Source of the DNA: Felis catus
Lineage: Eukaryota
Assembly: GCF_018350175.1 (NCBI RefSeq)
Contig: NC_058368.1
Span: 92,754,001 to 92,818,000 of the forward strand
Reading direction: 5' to 3'
Length of the DNA stretch: 64,000 bases
Position 1 is the first letter of the stretch; each line of letters begins with the position of its first letter. Positions 62,411 through 64,000 of this stretch are shown one piece after another. A model generated the notes under the pieces. It was not told the DNA's origin. It made no database searches and saw only the letters and a list, made by a program, of their open reading frames with translations. The position numbers and the translations under genes are program-made.

Positions 62411-63384
62411 CTCATTGATTTTAAATCAGCTAAAAGTGGCTATAATTCTGGGAAGTTCTATCCACAATTCATATTAAACACTGCATGTCATAATTATTGG
62501 GGTGGGATCTCTTCTTTACCATTATTATAATCATTTTTTAATAAGGTACCCAGATTTAATTTCATTTTGATTTTATTTCACTCTAGCTGCTGACTACATT
62601 GTCAAGCAGAATGCTATCCAAAATAAATATTTGATCTATAATTTCTAATGTTGCTGCTACCACTTAAATATTTCACCAAAACTAATTAACTTCTTCTCAA
62701 TAGAATTAGTCCCTCTTTTAATATAGAAATTGTAAGACTTAACTTTGATAGGAAGGATCTCAAGAGATCATGATTTCATTTTGTCTGTTGAAATTGGTTT
62801 CTGAACCACTCTCGTTTCTTTGACCAAAGTATTCCTTAAATATTAAGATTTTTGTCCTCTGAGAAGGCCATTAGGTTATCATTCTGTGTTTTATACTCTG
62901 CAACATTATCGATAGAATTTATAGAAAACAAATGGGTCACAGATTTAACTGGAGAAAATAAATTATGTGAACAGGGATAAGAAATTGGAGTTAATATTGT
63001 GTATTCTGAAAGCTAACAGCTTTTAATGATTAATGTCACTCTAAGTAATTTGAAGAAAAAATACTAGGGGGTGGCAGGGTTCCTGAAAATGTATCAAATT
63101 CATGATTATTATACCTTCCAAATAAAGTAGGTCTTAACCATGTTTCCAATATTTAAAATTTGTCAAACATATAGAAAGGATGAAAGAGTTTTTCAGTGAG
63201 AATTAACCCATTAATTATAAAGTTATCATTATATTAGCCTTATCCCATAAGTACCCACCATGCTTATTTCTTTATATCCATCAATTTACTGTATTTTTTA
63301 TTTCATTTTAAAGTAAATTGAAGACATCACTATAGCTCCCCACCACCATACTTTAGTATGCCTATTCATATTTTTTATGGTTCT

Positions 63385-63620
63385 TTTTTTAATTTAACAA
63401 TATTATAATTTAGTTATTTATTATTTACTTTTATGTTTATTTCTGAGAGAGAGAGCATGCACACCACATGAGTGGGAGAGGGGCAGAGAGAGAGGGAGAC
63501 AGAGGATCTGAAGCAGGCTCTGTGCAGCCCAGAGCCTGACATGGGGCTCGAACTGACAAACCGTGAGATCATGGCCTGAGTTGAAGTTGGATGCTTAACC
63601 TACTGAGCCACCCAAGGGCC
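63385..63620 (-). mobile_element. Can-SINE
   Basis: TSD gttctttttt. Confidence 0.92.
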
Positions 63621-63624
63621 ATAG

Positions 63625-64000
63625 TTCTTTTTTTTTTTTTTTAAGATTAATCTTATATTCAGTTAAATGCACAAACCTTAAGGATACCAAATGCACAATA
63701 TTTGAATGTACCATTAGATAAGTTCCAACAATGCATGTATCTCTTCAACCTAAACCCCTAATAAGATACAGAATATTACCATCACTGCAAGAAGTTCCCT
63801 CAACCCATTACTCAGCCAGTTCTCCCACAAACCCCTCAGAGACAGCCACTGATCTGAATTTGTCCTGTTCAATTTGCCAATTCTAGAACATCCTATCAAT
63901 GGAATCGTACAGTACGTACTTTTTTGTTTAACACTTCTTTCACTCAGTAAAATGTTTTTGAGATCTATAACCATGCAACTCGTATCAATACTTGGTTCCT
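63625..64000 (-). mobile_element. Old LINE-1 (L1M) 3'UTR relic
   Basis: ataagatacagaatattaccatcact..gaagttccctc, ttctagaaca....aatggaatc.tacagta, cttctttcactcag. Confidence 0.75.

Overview
This is mammalian, repeat-rich DNA and almost certainly felid. It carries about 48 tRNA-derived Can-SINEs, including the young cat-type SINEC_Fc subfamily, plus carnivore/felid LINE-1 copies. I could not recognise any host protein-coding gene or RNA gene. The recognisable ORFs in the track are LINE-1 ORF2 pieces, Tigger2 transposase pieces or SINE/microsatellite read-throughs. Other content: about 13 LINE-1 fragments (12 on the minus strand), a HAL1, L2/MIR relics, a fragmented Tigger2 with nested L1 and SINE insertions, two TA-flanked MITEs, Charlie1/MER20 relics, and ERVL/MaLR/ERV1 remnants. 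The most interesting observations are inferences: (i) a strong L1 antisense bias plus three plus-strand polypyrimidine-AG|GTRAG motifs, suggesting a long intron of a plus-strand gene, possibly with recursive splicing; (ii) three independent SINE insertions at the same homologous site of three L1 copies; (iii) an unassigned, decayed coding-like segment at about 11.8-12.2 kb. I found no convincing new biological system. Repeat family names come from recalled consensus motifs, not a database search, and boundaries of old repeats are approximate.
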